Below, one piece after another: positions 14,466 through 22,376 of a DNA stretch of 32,000 nucleotides (its first letter is position 1; each line of letters begins with the position of its first letter). Below the pieces are notes generated by a model. The model searched no databases, was not told where the DNA came from, and was given only the letters and a program-made list of their open reading frames with translations. Source of the stretch: Candidatus Nitrosotenuis cloacae (GTDB lineage Archaea > Thermoproteota > Nitrososphaeria > Nitrososphaerales > Nitrosopumilaceae). Made by a program: the position numbers and the translations under genes. The stretch spans positions 894,582 through 926,581 of the forward strand of contig NZ_CP011097.1 in assembly GCF_000955905.1 (NCBI RefSeq), written 5' to 3'.

Positions 14466-15023
14466 TTATTTTTCGATTCCTTTTGCCTTGTGGTACTGAT
14501 AGATACCATCCAGAAATACTCGGTGGTCCTTGTTTTTGACCTGAGTCATTGCCTGAATCTCTGCTGCAGTTTGTGTCACATCATTGAGTACGGGTCCTGT
14601 GACTGTGACCTCATCTCCTTTTGAGGCAACTTTTGTTGCGCCGTGAATTTTTGCAACTCGTGGGGCTCGCTCGCCTTGAAAGTTTTCAACTAGGACTAGC
14701 TTGTCCTTTGTCTTTACTGTGATTGGAAAGTGCGCATATACAATCTTCATTTTCACCGTATAACCATTGATCACACCATCGCATAGGTTTCGAACCAACG
14801 ATAGTGCAGTGTTTGCTATTGCATAGTATTTTTTGCGAGAGTTGATTGCCTTGATTGATACTTTGTTACCGGAAACGGACATTTCTACTGGAATTTTTTT
14901 GAAATTCTTGTAGACCTTGCCTAATGGCCCCTCTATCAGTAGCATATGCTTGTTTAGTGTGACTTTGACCTTGTCTGGCACATCAAATGTGGCTTGGAAT
15001 ATTTCGACTTGCTTAGTAGACAT
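14466..15023 (-). CDS. rpl6: 50S ribosomal protein uL6
   Basis: Typical uL6 sequence and position after uS8. ATG at 15023 (MSTKQVEIF...) is preferred. The track start at 15029 is a TTG two codons upstream. Confidence 0.9.
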   Translation of the reverse strand: MSTKQVEIFQATFDVPDKVKVTLNKHMLLIEGPLGKVYKNFKKIPVEMSVSGNKVSIKAINSRKKYYAIANTALSLVRNLCDGVINGYTVKMKIVYAHFPITVKTKDKLVLVENFQGERAPRVAKIHGATKVASKGDEVTVTGPVLNDVTQTAAEIQAMTQVKNKDHRVFLDGIYQYHKAKGIEK

Positions 15024-15405
15024 ATCCAATCAAGAATCCTCCAATTCCTTTGTTTTGTGCATCATGGTGAGACATGACACCTTGGTTTGTAGTAACAACT
15101 AGCATTCCTCGGTTATATGCTGGTAGATATTGCTGCTCCCAGTCATTAAATTCGCCTTTTTTTACCTTGAATCTAGGCGTGATTGCACCACATTTTGTAA
15201 TGTGTGCCAATAGTTGAATCTTGAATTTTCCTCCTCGCTTATCCTCTACGTGCTCAAATTCGCCGATATAGTTGTGTTTTTGTAGTGTTTTTAGAACCTC
15301 AATTCCAAGCTTTGATGTTGGAAGTATTACACAATCGGTTCTTCTTCTTGCCTCATTATTATACAGAGTATTGAATAGATTTGAGAGAATGTTTGTTGCT
15401 GGCAT
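15013..15405 (-). CDS. rps8: 30S ribosomal protein uS8
   Basis: MPATNILSNLFNTLYNNEARRR... ending GGFLIGYVY, typical of uS8. ATG 15405 is preferred over the track's upstream extension to 15468, which would overlap uS14. Confidence 0.9.
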   Translation of the reverse strand: MPATNILSNLFNTLYNNEARRRTDCVILPTSKLGIEVLKTLQKHNYIGEFEHVEDKRGGKFKIQLLAHITKCGAITPRFKVKKGEFNDWEQQYLPAYNRGMLVVTTNQGVMSHHDAQNKGIGGFLIGYVY

Positions 15406-15410
15406 TTTTC

Positions 15411-15590
15411 TCACCGATATTTGATAAAGCCCAATGAATTTGCTACTTCTCGAAAGCATCGTCTGCAAATCATCAGGTTGTACTTTTGGATTACTGCAGT
15501 ATAGTCACCACAACGCTTGCACCATCTAGAGCCTTTGCCAAATTCATGCTTGTGTCGTCCGGTGTATTCGTATGATCTATCTTTTGCCAT
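15411..15590 (-). CDS. rps14: 30S ribosomal protein uS14 (Zn-ribbon type), 59 aa, absent from the supplied ORF track
   Basis: Manual translation: MAKDRSYEYTGRHKHEFGKGSRWCKRCGDYTAVIQKYNLMICRRCFREVANSLGFIKYR. It has CxxC...CxxC and the canonical position between uL5 and uS8. Its ATG overlaps the uL5 stop by 1 nt (TAATG). Confidence 0.88.
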   Translation of the reverse strand: MAKDRSYEYTGRHKHEFGKGSRWCKRCGDYTAVIQKYNLMICRRCFREVANSLGFIKYR

Positions 15591-16117
15591 TATACTATGC
15601 TCACTCCAAACTCCCTAGTTAAGAATTCTTGGGCTTCTTCTCTGGTGATTCGATGTGTGTGGCCAACCGATGCCTTGTGTCTACTTCTTGTTCTAATGCT
15701 AAAGCCAGGTCTTGTTAGTGTGATTGCTGCTTCCATTCCCAAAATTCCGATTTGTGGATCATATTTTATTCCTGGAATGTCAATGTGTTCTTTGATTCCA
15801 AATGAGACATTACCAAAATTATCAAATGATCTTCCCTTTAGTCTATTTCCAATTGCGTCTAGTAGTCTTTTTAGTAGTGCTTCTGCATCCTCACCGCGAA
15901 TCGTAACTGCAACTCCGATTGGCTCACCCTTTCTTACGCCCCAGTCTCGTTGTGTGCCTTTGGCATCACGAGCACAGGATTTTTTGCCAGAGATTTGGTT
16001 TAGTGCTTTTTTTGCAACCTCTATTGCCTCACCAGATTTTCCAACACCCATGTTGAGAACGATTTTTTCTAATCGAATTGCCTTCATTACGTTTTGAGTT
16101 GCAGACATGTTTATCAC
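15590..16117 (-). CDS. rpl5: 50S ribosomal protein uL5
   Basis: IRLEKIVLNMGVG..., typical of uL5. The start is either GTG 16117 (overlapping the eS4 stop) or ATG 16108. Confidence 0.9.
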   Translation of the reverse strand: MINMSATQNVMKAIRLEKIVLNMGVGKSGEAIEVAKKALNQISGKKSCARDAKGTQRDWGVRKGEPIGVAVTIRGEDAEALLKRLLDAIGNRLKGRSFDNFGNVSFGIKEHIDIPGIKYDPQIGILGMEAAITLTRPGFSIRTRSRHKASVGHTHRITREEAQEFLTREFGVSIV

Positions 16118-16830
16118 GCGATTTGGATTATTGGCTCCTTTTTGCCAACCACCATGACTAGGTCTGATGGAATTTCGATCTCTCTTTTACCAAATGATAG
16201 TAATGCTCTTTTTGGAAGAACAAATGTTCCTTCCTTGATTTCTTTGACATCGGCTAGCTGTCCCGCGTTGACTCCTTTTGTTACCAAGACCTTTGAGCCT
16301 TTTTCCAGTGGCAGGACTTCGTTGATTTTCTGTTCTGGTACTTGCATGAGGCATGAATCGCCAACACTTACCTTTGTATCAGAGATTAATGAGCGTCCAT
16401 CGTGGAATCCAAGTTGGGTTTTTCCTTTGCGGATTGTAGTCTTGCTGGTAACCTTGACTAGCTTGATTGCTTTTTCTGCAGATTTTATCTTGATTGGTTC
16501 TAATAGATGACCTTTCTTTGGCACCAATCTGTAAATATCAGAAACTCCTTCCAACTCTACTACATCCATCAATCCAATTCCGTGATGGACGGATTTGCGC
16601 GATACGCCATCAACTTTGACCTTACCATTGTATATTGCATATTCTGCTTCTCGTGCAGTTGTGACTAGTTTTATTGTGTCTCTCAAAAAGACGGTGCTTG
16701 GAATTGAGAATTGTTTAGAGTGAGGACCTGGTCGTACTGTGGTTACAAATCTTGGGCTCTTTCTTGAGATTCCCCAGAACATTGGAGCCATTTGTCTTTT
16801 GAGTTTCTTACTACCTGCTATTCGTGGCAT
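16114..16830 (-). CDS. rps4e: 30S ribosomal protein eS4
   Basis: 238 aa beginning MPRIAGSKKLKRQMAPMFWGI..., the archaeal/eukaryotic S4e signature. Canonical position between uL24 and uL5. Confidence 0.9.
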   Translation of the reverse strand: MPRIAGSKKLKRQMAPMFWGISRKSPRFVTTVRPGPHSKQFSIPSTVFLRDTIKLVTTAREAEYAIYNGKVKVDGVSRKSVHHGIGLMDVVELEGVSDIYRLVPKKGHLLEPIKIKSAEKAIKLVKVTSKTTIRKGKTQLGFHDGRSLISDTKVSVGDSCLMQVPEQKINEVLPLEKGSKVLVTKGVNAGQLADVKEIKEGTFVLPKRALLSFGKREIEIPSDLVMVVGKKEPIIQIA

Positions 16831-17324
16831 TACTTAGTCTCCTTTTTTGGATTTTTTGCTGCTTTTGTTTCTTTGCTAGTTTCTTTTTTGGTCTCTTTTT
16901 TCTCTGCTGGCTTTGCTTCTTTTTTTGGTGCTGGTTTTGGTGTCTCTTTTGGTTTTGATTCCTTGACTGGTTTTGGATTTTTGCCTTCAACTTTGTTTAT
17001 GCGCCATTTGTCTTCGGTGTTTAGATCAGTTACCAAAACATTTGAGGTGTGAATGAATATATCCAAGTTTCCGCCCTTTAGTTTTTCTTTTTTGATTCCT
17101 TCAATAGCAATTCCGTTTCGTAGAGTAGAAACACGTGTTATCTTACCAGAGACTCCTTTGAATTCGCCTCGCAATACTTTGACTGTGTCACCTTCAGTTA
17201 CTCGAACACTTCTTCTGTGATATTTTTGCTGCAAGTCTTTTGATAGGTGACTGCACATGAGCTTGCTTCGAGTTGTGACTGCCGCCTGGTAGATGGTTCG
17301 ATTTCTAATTGTTGTTGGCTTCAT
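16830..17324 (-). CDS. rpl24: 50S ribosomal protein uL24 with a roughly 50-aa Lys/Glu/Pro/Thr-rich C-terminal tail
   Basis: KOW-type core (VRVTEGDTVKVLRGEFKGVSGKI). ATG 17324 (MKPTTIRN...) is preferred over the track start at 17357, which would overlap uL14. The stop overlaps the eS4 ATG by 1 nt. Confidence 0.85.
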   Translation of the reverse strand: MKPTTIRNRTIYQAAVTTRSKLMCSHLSKDLQQKYHRRSVRVTEGDTVKVLRGEFKGVSGKITRVSTLRNGIAIEGIKKEKLKGGNLDIFIHTSNVLVTDLNTEDKWRINKVEGKNPKPVKESKPKETPKPAPKKEAKPAEKKETKKETSKETKAAKNPKKETK

Positions 17325-17328
17325 AGTA

Positions 17329-17766
17329 TTATACCACCATTGATGCCAAGTTTGCAACTCTTGGCCATTTCTCGGATGCCTCTGCAGCTACTGGTCCTTT
17401 GATGTCAGTTCCTTTAATTTCTCCTTCTGGAGTAACTAGGACTGCTGCATTATCCTCAAATGCAACGCGAACTCCGTTTAATCTTCTAATTGGATATTTT
17501 TGTCGTATGATGACTGCGCCAAAGATCTGCTTTCTTAGCTCTGCAGGTCCTTTCTTTACTACAACGTTGACAAAGTCGCCAACCGCTGCAGATGGATATC
17601 GTGAGGTTCTTGTTTTTGCTCTCTTTACCATTATAATTTCAAGAATTTTTGCGCCAGTGTTATCTGCACATGTGATTCGAGCACCTAGTGGTAGCGCACG
17701 TGTAACATATGGTCTAAACTCAGTTACGCCTTTGGCAGATACTGCACGACTTTTTGTGCCAGACAT
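17329..17766 (-). CDS. rpl14: 50S ribosomal protein uL14
   Basis: LPLGARITCADNTGAK..., typical of uL14. GGAGGT lies about 13 nt upstream of the ATG. Confidence 0.92.
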   Translation of the reverse strand: MSGTKSRAVSAKGVTEFRPYVTRALPLGARITCADNTGAKILEIIMVKRAKTRTSRYPSAAVGDFVNVVVKKGPAELRKQIFGAVIIRQKYPIRRLNGVRVAFEDNAAVLVTPEGEIKGTDIKGPVAAEASEKWPRVANLASMVV

Positions 17767-17767
17767 T

Positions 17768-18067
17768 TTATGACTTGACCTCCACTATTACAAATGAAAC
17801 TGACTTTGCAATTGGTCTGCACTCTGCAGCAACTACAATGTCACCTTCTTTGATCTCTTGCTTTGCTAGCTTGTAAGCATGAATTGTGCTCTTGCTTCTT
17901 GCGTATCGCTTTGTCTTGGTGATGTATAGAGGGCTTTCCTTTTGGATTACCACAGTGTTTTTGTTCTTGGCGCTGACTACTTTGCCTTCAAAGAGTTTGC
18001 CACGTACACTTAGGTGTTCTCCATTATCCATTACTATTCCCTTGTAGGATTGTTTTTGCTCTTTCAT
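17768..18067 (-). CDS. rps17: 30S ribosomal protein uS17
   Basis: OB-fold uS17-like sequence (RGKLFEGKVVSAKNKNTVVI...GDIVVAAECRPIAKSVSF) in the canonical position. Confidence 0.88.
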   Translation of the reverse strand: MKEQKQSYKGIVMDNGEHLSVRGKLFEGKVVSAKNKNTVVIQKESPLYITKTKRYARSKSTIHAYKLAKQEIKEGDIVVAAECRPIAKSVSFVIVEVKS

Positions 18068-18309
18068 GCTTTCACCTTTATTCTGTCCTCTGGTCTTTTT
18101 GCTATCAAATCACCATTAATGACTTGATCGTTTGCAAACTTCCAAGAGGTGTGCTGCTTTGGTATGACTTTGGAGCCATGGTTTGTACTAATTGTAAATG
18201 TAGATTTTGTCTCGTGAGTGATCTTACCGCTCATACCAACCAAAGACTTGTTTGTAGAGTCAACTATGCTGGTTTGCATTCCGATAAATTCAGAGTTTAG
18301 TGCCATCAT
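18064..18309 (-). CDS. rnp1: RNase P protein component 1 (Rpp29/Pop4 family)
   Basis: 81 aa with EFIGMQTSIVDSTNKSLVGMSGKITHETKSTFTI...LIAKRPEDRIK. This is the Rpp29 pattern, at the usual archaeal position between uL29 and uS17. Confidence 0.8.
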   Translation of the reverse strand: MMALNSEFIGMQTSIVDSTNKSLVGMSGKITHETKSTFTISTNHGSKVIPKQHTSWKFANDQVINGDLIAKRPEDRIKVKA

Positions 18310-18509
18310 TGTTTTTTCATCTCGTTTAGTCTTGTGAGGATTCGAGCGATTTCCTTTCGTAGTGAACGGATTTTGCCGCTCTCCTTTCGCAGTGTGCCTT
18401 TTGCTGCGTCGGTTCTCATCTTTGCAAGCTCGACTCGTGATTGTTCTAGTCTGGACTTGAGGTCAATCTCGTTTAGCTCTCGAATGGATTTCATTTTTAA
18501 TTGGGCCAT
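18306..18509 (-). CDS. rpl29: 50S ribosomal protein uL29
   Basis: 67-aa helical protein (SIRELNEIDLKSRLEQSRVELAKMR) located after uS3. Confidence 0.88.
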   Translation of the reverse strand: MAQLKMKSIRELNEIDLKSRLEQSRVELAKMRTDAAKGTLRKESGKIRSLRKEIARILTRLNEMKKQ

Positions 18510-18510
18510 G

Positions 18511-19248
18511 TTACTTTAGTTTCTCCTCTACCTCATCCATGATGTCCATTTGTTCAATTTTTTCTTGGTCTAGTTTTACTTGCTCGCTCTCTGTTCTTGC
18601 AATTCGTTCTGATTCCTCTTTTGCAAGACGTATTTCTTTTTCTTCTCTAGTCTCTTTTTTGCCCTTTAATTCAAATTCTGGAACGTATCTTTCCTTTCTT
18701 GCAATTCTAATTCTAACACCAATGTAGCCCATTGCTGTTGGGATGTGTGCGGTTGCCTCATCGACTATGATGCTTGCATGGTGTCCTGCACGTGGCAAGA
18801 TTCCTAGTGAGTGTTTTTCAAATGAAGAACGATCTCCCCTTAGCTTGCCAGAAACTGTGATTTGAACGCCCATTGCTCCAGCATTCATGATTTGCTGTAG
18901 TGTCCACATGGTTGCTCGTCTAAATGCGGTTCCTCGCTCGATTAGCTGTGCAACTCTATTGCACATTACATTTGAGGTAAGCTCTGGTTGTGTGATTTCG
19001 TTTACTGCAATTTGTGGGCTCTTTAATCCGAAGTCTTTTTCGAGTTTTTCGGTTAATTCTCGGATTCCAGTTCCCTTTCTTCCAATTACAATTCCAGGTC
19101 TGGTTACATGTAGTACTACTCTAGTTCCAGTTGGAGTCTTTGAGATTTCAACGTGTGAGAATCCAGCCTCTTTGATTGCTTCTTTGAGATAATCCTTGAG
19201 AAGCATCATGTTGTAATTGTCTTTGATTACGTTTTTGACTGCGGACAT
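18511..19248 (-). CDS. rps3: 30S ribosomal protein uS3
   Basis: KH-domain uS3 core ([15 protein letters not shown]) with a charged C-terminal extension. Confidence 0.92.
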   Translation of the reverse strand: MSAVKNVIKDNYNMMLLKDYLKEAIKEAGFSHVEISKTPTGTRVVLHVTRPGIVIGRKGTGIRELTEKLEKDFGLKSPQIAVNEITQPELTSNVMCNRVAQLIERGTAFRRATMWTLQQIMNAGAMGVQITVSGKLRGDRSSFEKHSLGILPRAGHHASIIVDEATAHIPTAMGYIGVRIRIARKERYVPEFELKGKKETREEKEIRLAKEESERIARTESEQVKLDQEKIEQMDIMDEVEEKLK

Positions 19249-19250
19249 TT

Positions 19251-19709
19251 CTATACTTCCTGAGCCACCAGCTCTACATGTGTTAGGACATTGTTCTTTG
19301 GAGTTGCTCGTCCTTGTGCACGAGGTGTGAATCGTTTTATCAAAACTCCCTTGTGTGTGTTTGCTGAAACTATCTTTAGTCTATCCAAGTCCATTCCCTT
19401 GTACTCTGCATTTGCTTCCAAATTATCTAATAGTCGGATGAATTCTTGTGCTGCCTTTCTTGGGTATCTGCCAGACATTACACCGGTGTCTGAGCGGTGA
19501 CCAACTTCATTGTTGTATCTTCTAAATGGAACTGCACGTTTTACTGCAATTACTTCTTGTAGTGCATCGCGTGCCTTTTCGATTGACATGCCTTTGATCA
19601 TTTTGGCTACTTCACGGGCGTGCTTGTGTGAGATGTCTTTTTCTCGAACTGATGCTCTGACGTGTTTTGTTGCGTCAAAGTTTTGAAATGCGTAACCAAA
19701 TTGCGGCAT
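19251..19709 (-). CDS. rpl22: 50S ribosomal protein uL22
   Basis: 152-aa typical archaeal uL22 ([20 protein letters not shown]...). Confidence 0.92.
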   Translation of the reverse strand: MPQFGYAFQNFDATKHVRASVREKDISHKHAREVAKMIKGMSIEKARDALQEVIAVKRAVPFRRYNNEVGHRSDTGVMSGRYPRKAAQEFIRLLDNLEANAEYKGMDLDRLKIVSANTHKGVLIKRFTPRAQGRATPKNNVLTHVELVAQEV

Positions 19710-19716
19710 AGTATAA

Positions 19717-20112
19717 TCACTTTAATGGCACATACAGACTTGATCTTGATGCTCCGACTCCTGGTGCACCATGAACAACTCGTTTGTTTGTTCTAACATA
19801 TTCGCCAACATAATGGCCAATCATTTGTGGTGTGATTGTAACTGGAATGAATTCTTTTCCAGAAAATACGTTAACTGTAACACCTACCATGTATGGTAGT
19901 ACTATAAGGTCTCGAATGTGTGTCTTGATTGGATTTTTTGATTTTCCTGCTTTTTCGAGTTTGATTTCTTCGATTAGCTTTCTTTTGCCATCGGTGATTC
20001 CTCTAGTAAGGGATCGTCTTGCGCGTGCTGGGAAGATCTCAAATAATTTTTCTAGCGACATGTTTTGGAGCTGATCCAGTGGAATACCCCTATAATCAAA
20101 TTCTTTAACCAT
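19717..20112 (-). CDS. rps19: 30S ribosomal protein uS19
   Basis: 131-aa typical uS19 (GKEFIPVTITPQMIGHYVGEYVRTNKRVVHGAPGVGA). Confidence 0.92.
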   Translation of the reverse strand: MVKEFDYRGIPLDQLQNMSLEKLFEIFPARARRSLTRGITDGKRKLIEEIKLEKAGKSKNPIKTHIRDLIVLPYMVGVTVNVFSGKEFIPVTITPQMIGHYVGEYVRTNKRVVHGAPGVGASRSSLYVPLK

Positions 20113-20150
20113 TTATTGACACCTTTAGGATTGAATTTTTGAAGTCCATA

Positions 20151-20417
20151 TTATAGCATTCCTATCTTTGTTGCAAGGTCTCTTGCTTTTTCGACTGTTT
20201 CAAACTTGACAAATGCTTTTTTGCCGGAAATTGTTCTAGCAGTGTTGATATCAATTGCATTTTCTTCGTATAATGTTTTGATTGCTTCTTTGATTGATGC
20301 CTTGCTTGCGTCTCTATCTACGATAAAGCAAATTCTTTGATCTTTTTCAATTAGTGAGAATGTTTTTTCTGTGACGTATGGTCTAAGTACTATTTTTGTT
20401 GCTTGTGTGGTATTCAA
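20151..20417 (-). CDS. rpl23: 50S ribosomal protein uL23
   Basis: 88-aa uL23-like protein (LRPYVTEKTFSLIEKDQRICFIVDRDASKASIKEAI), located after uL4. Confidence 0.9.
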   Translation of the reverse strand: MNTTQATKIVLRPYVTEKTFSLIEKDQRICFIVDRDASKASIKEAIKTLYEENAIDINTARTISGKKAFVKFETVEKARDLATKIGML

Positions 20418-21223
20418 TTCATTGCCTCCATTAGTTCCAAGTGGCGTGACTTGAGATTGCCAATTTCACTTATTGCTGACTTTGTGTATACGGTTAGTCT
20501 AACTAGGTTAGAGCCTGGAGCTAAATCCAAAACAGAGAGATCATTTACTGTTCTAACATCAACTCCTGGGAATGAGCCGCATGCTTTTGTCAGAGTCTTT
20601 GCGTCTTTGGTTACAAATAAGATGGATTTGCCAATCTTTGTCTTTCTTCCCCTAATGACTGCTCTGCCGGAACGTGCCTTTCTTTTTTCTAGTCTTGCAA
20701 TATCGCCAGAGAGTTTTAGTGCATCAAAGATCTTGGAGATCTCCTTTGCTTTTGAAATTTTTTCAATATCATCAGATACTATAACTGGGAATGATTGGAT
20801 GCCATCAATGATGTGGCCTCTTGAGGAGACCAGGTCTTTTGAGGTTGTGGCTGCAATCGCAGAGCACAGTGCCAATCGGTTTTCTTGTTTGTTTAGTTTT
20901 TTGTATACTATTTTTTGAGATGTTGGTGGATGTGCTTGTCTTCCGCCTCGAGTCATTGCTACCTTTGCAGCTTGGCCTCTTCTTGGACCACCACCTCGAA
21001 TTCTTGCGAGTCTTGCTGCACCATGTCCTGTTGGTGGATCATTGGATGCTGCAACTGTGTTTTGTCCAGCAGATGGCATTCTTCCTTGTCTTTGATAGTG
21101 GTGAGAATCTAAATTGACATATGCTCGGTGAATCAGGTTTTCATTTACAGGAGTTGAGAACACCTTTGGTAGTTCAATTTCATCTTGCTTTGTTCCAGTT
21201 AGTGATAATGTTTGAGCTTTCAT
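20414..21223 (-). CDS. rpl4: 50S ribosomal protein uL4
   Basis: 269-aa archaeal L4/L1e-type protein (SAGQNTVAASNDPPTGHGAARLARIRGGGPRRGQAA). Shows 4-nt overlaps with uL3 and uL23. Confidence 0.9.
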   Translation of the reverse strand: MKAQTLSLTGTKQDEIELPKVFSTPVNENLIHRAYVNLDSHHYQRQGRMPSAGQNTVAASNDPPTGHGAARLARIRGGGPRRGQAAKVAMTRGGRQAHPPTSQKIVYKKLNKQENRLALCSAIAATTSKDLVSSRGHIIDGIQSFPVIVSDDIEKISKAKEISKIFDALKLSGDIARLEKRKARSGRAVIRGRKTKIGKSILFVTKDAKTLTKACGSFPGVDVRTVNDLSVLDLAPGSNLVRLTVYTKSAISEIGNLKSRHLELMEAMN

Positions 21224-22212
21224 ACTACAATCTCCAATATGTTTGGCTTGAGAACTTTGTTTGGAACGTTTCTGATTTGTGTTCTTAGCTTTACCATTCT
21301 TCTGTATGTTCCAGGAATTGATCCTTTGAGAACTACAAAGTCGCCGTTTACAAATCCATAATGCTTGTATCCGCCAGATGGGTTAATTTTGAAATCTGTT
21401 TTTTCGGTGTTGCTCATGATCATGATTCTTTTGTTGTATTCGACCCTTTGATGGAATCCACGCTGACCTGCACGAGGTACAGTGTACATGATGCTGGATG
21501 GTGAAATTGGTCCCAGTGTTCCAAGTGCCCTGACTGATTTTCTTGATTTGTGTTGCTTTTTCTTTACACCCCACCTTGTGATTGGTCCTTCCCAACCTTT
21601 TCCTTTTGTGATGGATGCAACATCAACACTTGAGCCAAGCTCAAAGACTTCTTCTATTTTGACTTGTTTTCCAAATAATCCTTTGAGAAAATCAAATTGT
21701 TTTTTGAGATCACCGCCTTTTACTGCTACTTCAAAGACGTATGGTTTCTTTTGTGAGATACCTGCATTGTTTGGCAGTACGGCAACTACTGCAAATAACT
21801 CGCTTGTGCGGTTTAGTAGTTTTTCTGCTTTTTCTAGTGTTCCTTCTTTTGGTTTAATTGTAAATAATCTAGATACTTCTTTTGGCATGTCACTGGAATA
21901 AACATCAAAGAGCGCATGTGAGCCATCAATGTCCTCGTAGTATCCACGAATTCCAATTACAGAGACTGGCGGTGTTGCAACTACGGTTCCAAGACTGACT
22001 AGTTGTTTTCCATGGTTTGGTGTTTTCTCTCGATCATCGATGCTGACTACTTGGATGCATCCGACTTTGAATCCGGCATACCCCAACAGCTTTGGCTGCT
22101 CGGCAGTAATTTCTGGCCAAGTTCTAATTCTTGGCTCCATGCTTTTGGCACGTCCTCTAGGCAGATACGCAAGACTACCACGACGTGGCTGGCTGTGTTT
22201 TCTATGACCCAT
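21220..22212 (-). CDS. rpl3: 50S ribosomal protein uL3
   Basis: 330 aa beginning MGHRKHSQPRRGSLAYLPRGRA..., the canonical archaeal uL3 N-terminus. First gene of the r-protein cluster. Confidence 0.92.
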   Translation of the reverse strand: MGHRKHSQPRRGSLAYLPRGRAKSMEPRIRTWPEITAEQPKLLGYAGFKVGCIQVVSIDDREKTPNHGKQLVSLGTVVATPPVSVIGIRGYYEDIDGSHALFDVYSSDMPKEVSRLFTIKPKEGTLEKAEKLLNRTSELFAVVAVLPNNAGISQKKPYVFEVAVKGGDLKKQFDFLKGLFGKQVKIEEVFELGSSVDVASITKGKGWEGPITRWGVKKKQHKSRKSVRALGTLGPISPSSIMYTVPRAGQRGFHQRVEYNKRIMIMSNTEKTDFKINPSGGYKHYGFVNGDFVVLKGSIPGTYRRMVKLRTQIRNVPNKVLKPNILEIVV

Positions 22213-22239
22213 GGATAATCGAAAACAATTGTTAACCCC

Positions 22240-22247
22240 ATTATATA
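22240..22247 (-). promoter_or_regulatory. TATA-like box upstream of rpl3 (r-protein operon promoter candidate)
   Basis: On the minus strand TATATAAT ends 27 nt before the rpl3 ATG at 22212. Confidence 0.35.
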
Positions 22248-22264
22248 CCTAAAGGTAACGAAAG

Positions 22265-22372
22265 TTACGGATTCACTAGTGCTTGATATTTGCTAAAAAT
22301 CGAGATTGCGCCAATTATCACACCAATTACTCCAAGGCCGATGGCTAGCAAAAGAAAATTTTTCTTTTCCAT
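22265..22372 (-). CDS. candidate small membrane protein (35 aa), below the ORF-track cutoff
   Basis: ATG at 22372, 4 nt after the upstream gene's stop, and TAA at 22267-22265. Translation is MEKKNFLLLAIGLGVIGVIIGAISIFSKYQALVNP, a basic N-terminus plus one TM helix. There is no independent support. Confidence 0.25.
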   Translation of the reverse strand: MEKKNFLLLAIGLGVIGVIIGAISIFSKYQALVNP

Positions 22373-22376
22373 CAGA

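Noticed and set aside
16792-17052. Plus-strand 86-aa ORF that looks like a multi-helix membrane protein (FFGFFAAFVSLLVSFLVSFF...)
   Set aside because: It is the reverse complement of the Lys-rich uL24 tail (AAA/AAG codons read as TTT/CTT), so it is an artefact of the low-complexity coding repeat.
7757-17357. Longer N-terminal extensions given by the ORF track (ccdA 7757, thioredoxin-like 8520, uS8 15468, uL24 17357, psmA 24036)
   Set aside because: The extensions overlap upstream genes or TATA-like boxes and add non-conserved residues. Internal ATGs give canonical N-termini.
15597-22218. Many long plus-strand ORFs inside the r-protein cluster (e.g. 15597..16097, 16094..16510, 17399..17773, 20403..20918, 21482..21901)
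   Set aside because: They lie antisense to confidently identified ribosomal protein genes. Their composition is low-complexity, Ser/Leu/Phe-rich and mirror-image, with no recognisable motifs, so they are shadow ORFs.
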